From positions 5,472,001 to 5,536,000 of the forward strand of contig OY969763.1 in the NCBI GenBank assembly GCA_963702845.1: a stretch of 64,000 bases of DNA, in the 5' to 3' direction. Under the pieces are notes generated by a model. It saw only the letters and a list, made by a program, of their open reading frames with translations. It had not been told where the DNA came from and ran no database searches. A program made the position numbers and the translations under genes. Position 1 is the first letter of the stretch. Each line of letters begins with the position of its first letter. Origin of the DNA: an uncultured Verrucomicrobiae bacterium (GTDB lineage Bacteria > Verrucomicrobiota > Verrucomicrobiia > Limisphaerales > Palsa-1400). Shown here in pieces: positions 61,822-64,000 of this stretch.

Positions 61822-62334
61822 ATGTCACAAGCGCCAACTCTGGAGGAACTTTATGACCAGCACGCGAGCGCTTTGTTTGGATTTCTTCTGAATTTACTGC
61901 GCAACGAAAGTGATGCGCGGGATGTGTTGCAGGAAGTTTTCACCAAGATCGCGCAGCGGCCGCAATTATTGGCGAATGTTAAAGAGGTGCGCGGGTTCCT
62001 CCTGCGACTCAGCCACAACTCCGCGATCGACGTCATCCGCCGCCAAAGCACCCGGACCCGCAACTATGAAGAGTTGGCCCGCGACTCAGTGGAGTTGTTC
62101 GCCGAAACCGCGAATCCCGATGAGCAGGTTTTTCGCGAGAACCTGACGACTGCGATGGAACAATTACCTCCGGACCAACGCGCAGTGGTTCATCTGAAAC
62201 TTTGGGAGCGACTCACGTTCGAGCAAATCGCGGAAACGCTCGATTTATCACCAAACACCGCGGCCAGCCGTTATCGTTACGCTTTAGACAAATTGCGCGA
62301 GCGGCTGCGTCCCATTTATGAAGAGATCAAATGA
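61822..62334 (+). CDS. ECF RNA polymerase sigma factor
   Basis: DARDVLQEVF region 2; LPPDQR...LTFEQIAETL...TAASRYRY region 4. Confidence 0.93.
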   Translation: MSQAPTLEELYDQHASALFGFLLNLLRNESDARDVLQEVFTKIAQRPQLLANVKEVRGFLLRLSHNSAIDVIRRQSTRTRNYEELARDSVELFAETANPDEQVFRENLTTAMEQLPPDQRAVVHLKLWERLTFEQIAETLDLSPNTAASRYRYALDKLRERLRPIYEEIK

Positions 62335-62750
62335 ACACTGACGACTTCGAAAAACGATTGCAGGAGCAGCCAATGCGGCAGGTGCCGGGACATTGGCGAG
62401 CGCAGATATTGCAGACGGCAAAACAGGTCGAGAGACGAGGGTCGAGGGTCGAGAGCCAGAATAAGGCGTCTTGGATTTATCAACTTCTTTGGCCTTGTCC
62501 GCAGGCGTGGGGGGCGTTGGCGGCCGTTTGGGTGCTGGTTCTGGTGCTGAACTTTGCGGGTTCGGAAAAAGCTGAGGTGGGTGTCGCCAAAGCGTCCGTG
62601 GAATCGCGCGAGGTGCTCATGGCCGTCAAACAACAGTCGAGATTTCGCGCCGAGTTGATGAGCGCGAGTGATACGCCTGTCGCTGAGCCGCCCAAAATGT
62701 CCGCGCCGCAATCGCGAATCGAGTCGTTCGTTTCAATGACCCGAGTGTAA
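62331..62750 (+). CDS. Putative membrane-anchored anti-sigma factor
   Basis: Overlaps the sigma stop codon (ATGA); single TM (AWGALAAVWVLVLVL). Confidence 0.7.
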   Translation: MNTDDFEKRLQEQPMRQVPGHWRAQILQTAKQVERRGSRVESQNKASWIYQLLWPCPQAWGALAAVWVLVLVLNFAGSEKAEVGVAKASVESREVLMAVKQQSRFRAELMSASDTPVAEPPKMSAPQSRIESFVSMTRV

Positions 62751-62754
62751 TCAT

Positions 62755-64000
62755 ATGGAACCGAACCCAACCAATTCATCGTCCGAACGCAAACCATTTT
62801 TCCGTCGATTTCTGTCGATTGGAGCGGCGCGGATTTTTTTATTTATCGTGGCGTGCGTTGTCACGCTGGTAGCGCTTTTTCATGCGGAAGAAAATTGGCG
62901 TGGAGCGCGGGACTGGAGGAATTACCGCCAAAAACAGATCGCCGCGGGCAAATCTATCGATCCGCTGGCGCTGGTTCCTCCGCGTGTTCCGGATGATGAG
63001 AATTTTGCGATGACACCGTTCCTTGCGCCGCTGTTAGATTTTCAACCGGGGACGCAGACGCGTCGCGATCTGGCGGCGGCGGACCGCGCTCAAACTTTCG
63101 GCGATGGCGTTCCAGATTTTCCAAAAATGCAGGGCAGCGAGTTCGAAATGGATTTGGTTGCGCTGGCTAATGAATTACGTCATCCGAAGGATGCGTCGCA
63201 ATTGAATCCGGCAAGGTTCAAGACCAATCCATATGCGGCCCCACCATTTTTTGGGATGGCGGTTCAAGGCGGGGATGTGACTGATCGCAAAGAGGCGGCG
63301 AAAGTTGTTCTAAATGGGTTCAATATGTTTTCGCCGGTCATCGAGGAATTGCGAACGGCCAGCCATCGTCCGTATGTGCGATTTAATATTGCCTACGAAA
63401 ACCCCGACAAGATCGCGATCTTGCTGCCGCACCTTGCGGTGCTGCGCCACGTTTGCCGGATTGTTAGCGCGCGCGCGACGGCGGAGTTGGCCCTGGGGCA
63501 AACGGACAAGGCGTTGGACGATGTCATTCTGGCGTTGTATCTGACGGAAGCGCCCAAGGCGGAGGCGATTGTCATTTCGCAACTGGTCCGCTTTGCCGAG
63601 CTCCACGAGGCGATACAGCCGATCAACATTGGTTTGCGGGAGCATCAGTGGTCAGACGCCGACATTCAACATTTGCAGGCGGCGCTTGATAAAATTGATT
63701 TAATTGAAGGCATCAAACTTTCACTCGACGGTGAAACGACGGTTTTCGCAGATTCATCCTTCGATCAATTGAAGGCAGCCAGGAATCCGCTGAAACTGTT
63801 GACGACTTGGGGAATGATGATGAGCGAGGGTAGGGGTATCGTGGACAATCCGTTTACTGATGTGCTTTTTTGGGTCGCGGTGCCGCGCGGGTGGTTTGAT
63901 CTTGAACAGGTGAATTATCATCGGCTGGCGGAACAGCAAATCGGATCTTCCATTGATCTGGAGCGGCGTTGTGTTTATCCCGACAAAGCCGCGCAAGGAG
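62755..64000 (+). CDS. Membrane-anchored hypothetical protein, runs off window end
   Basis: Own translation: MEPNPT...LFIVACVVTLVALFHAEENWRG...PPRVPDDENFAMTP; absent from ORF track, apparently because no stop occurs within the window. Confidence 0.8.
   Translation, partial: MEPNPTNSSSERKPFFRRFLSIGAARIFLFIVACVVTLVALFHAEENWRGARDWRNYRQKQIAAGKSIDPLALVPPRVPDDENFAMTPFLAPLLDFQPGTQTRRDLAAADRAQTFGDGVPDFPKMQGSEFEMDLVALANELRHPKDASQLNPARFKTNPYAAPPFFGMAVQGGDVTDRKEAAKVVLNGFNMFSPVIEELRTASHRPYVRFNIAYENPDKIAILLPHLAVLRHVCRIVSARATAELALGQTDKALDDVILALYLTEAPKAEAIVISQLVRFAELHEAIQPINIGLREHQWSDADIQHLQAALDKIDLIEGIKLSLDGETTVFADSSFDQLKAARNPLKLLTTWGMMMSEGRGIVDNPFTDVLFWVAVPRGWFDLEQVNYHRLAEQQIGSSIDLERRCVYPDKAAQG

Overview
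Bacterial chromosomal window. Gene content (DUF5069, DUF1573, DUF3500, a prepilin/H-X9-DG protein, TPR/GT-C proteins, an 'EENWRG' membrane protein) suggests a Verrucomicrobium of the Pedosphaera-like type; this is an inference. Housekeeping genes: pstSCAB-phoU-phoB-phoR with a four-unit Pho box, gltA, sucC/sucD, mutL, mdh, galK and trpE. Clusters of single-base frameshifts (pst genes, ~22.1-22.25 kb, 28.3-32.4 kb) look like long-read indel errors. Main novelties: (1) six tandem secreted Cys-rich GH25 muramidases (21986-28166), each a separate unit with its own terminator and a structurally conserved H-type pseudoknot 18-26 nt before the ATG, and five of six preceded by two palindromic boxes (47 nt apart in four units); (2) a leaderless PadR gene heading five tandem membrane proteins that share an N-terminal 'permease-prefix' domain but have unrelated C-termini, one being a prepilin-peptidase (A24) core; (3) a three-copy intergenic repeat/hairpin element in 5' leaders; (4) a consensus sigma70 promoter plus boxA-like motif facing an ORF-less ~255-nt candidate ncRNA. 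No tRNA, rRNA, transposase or canonical CRISPR array was recognised.
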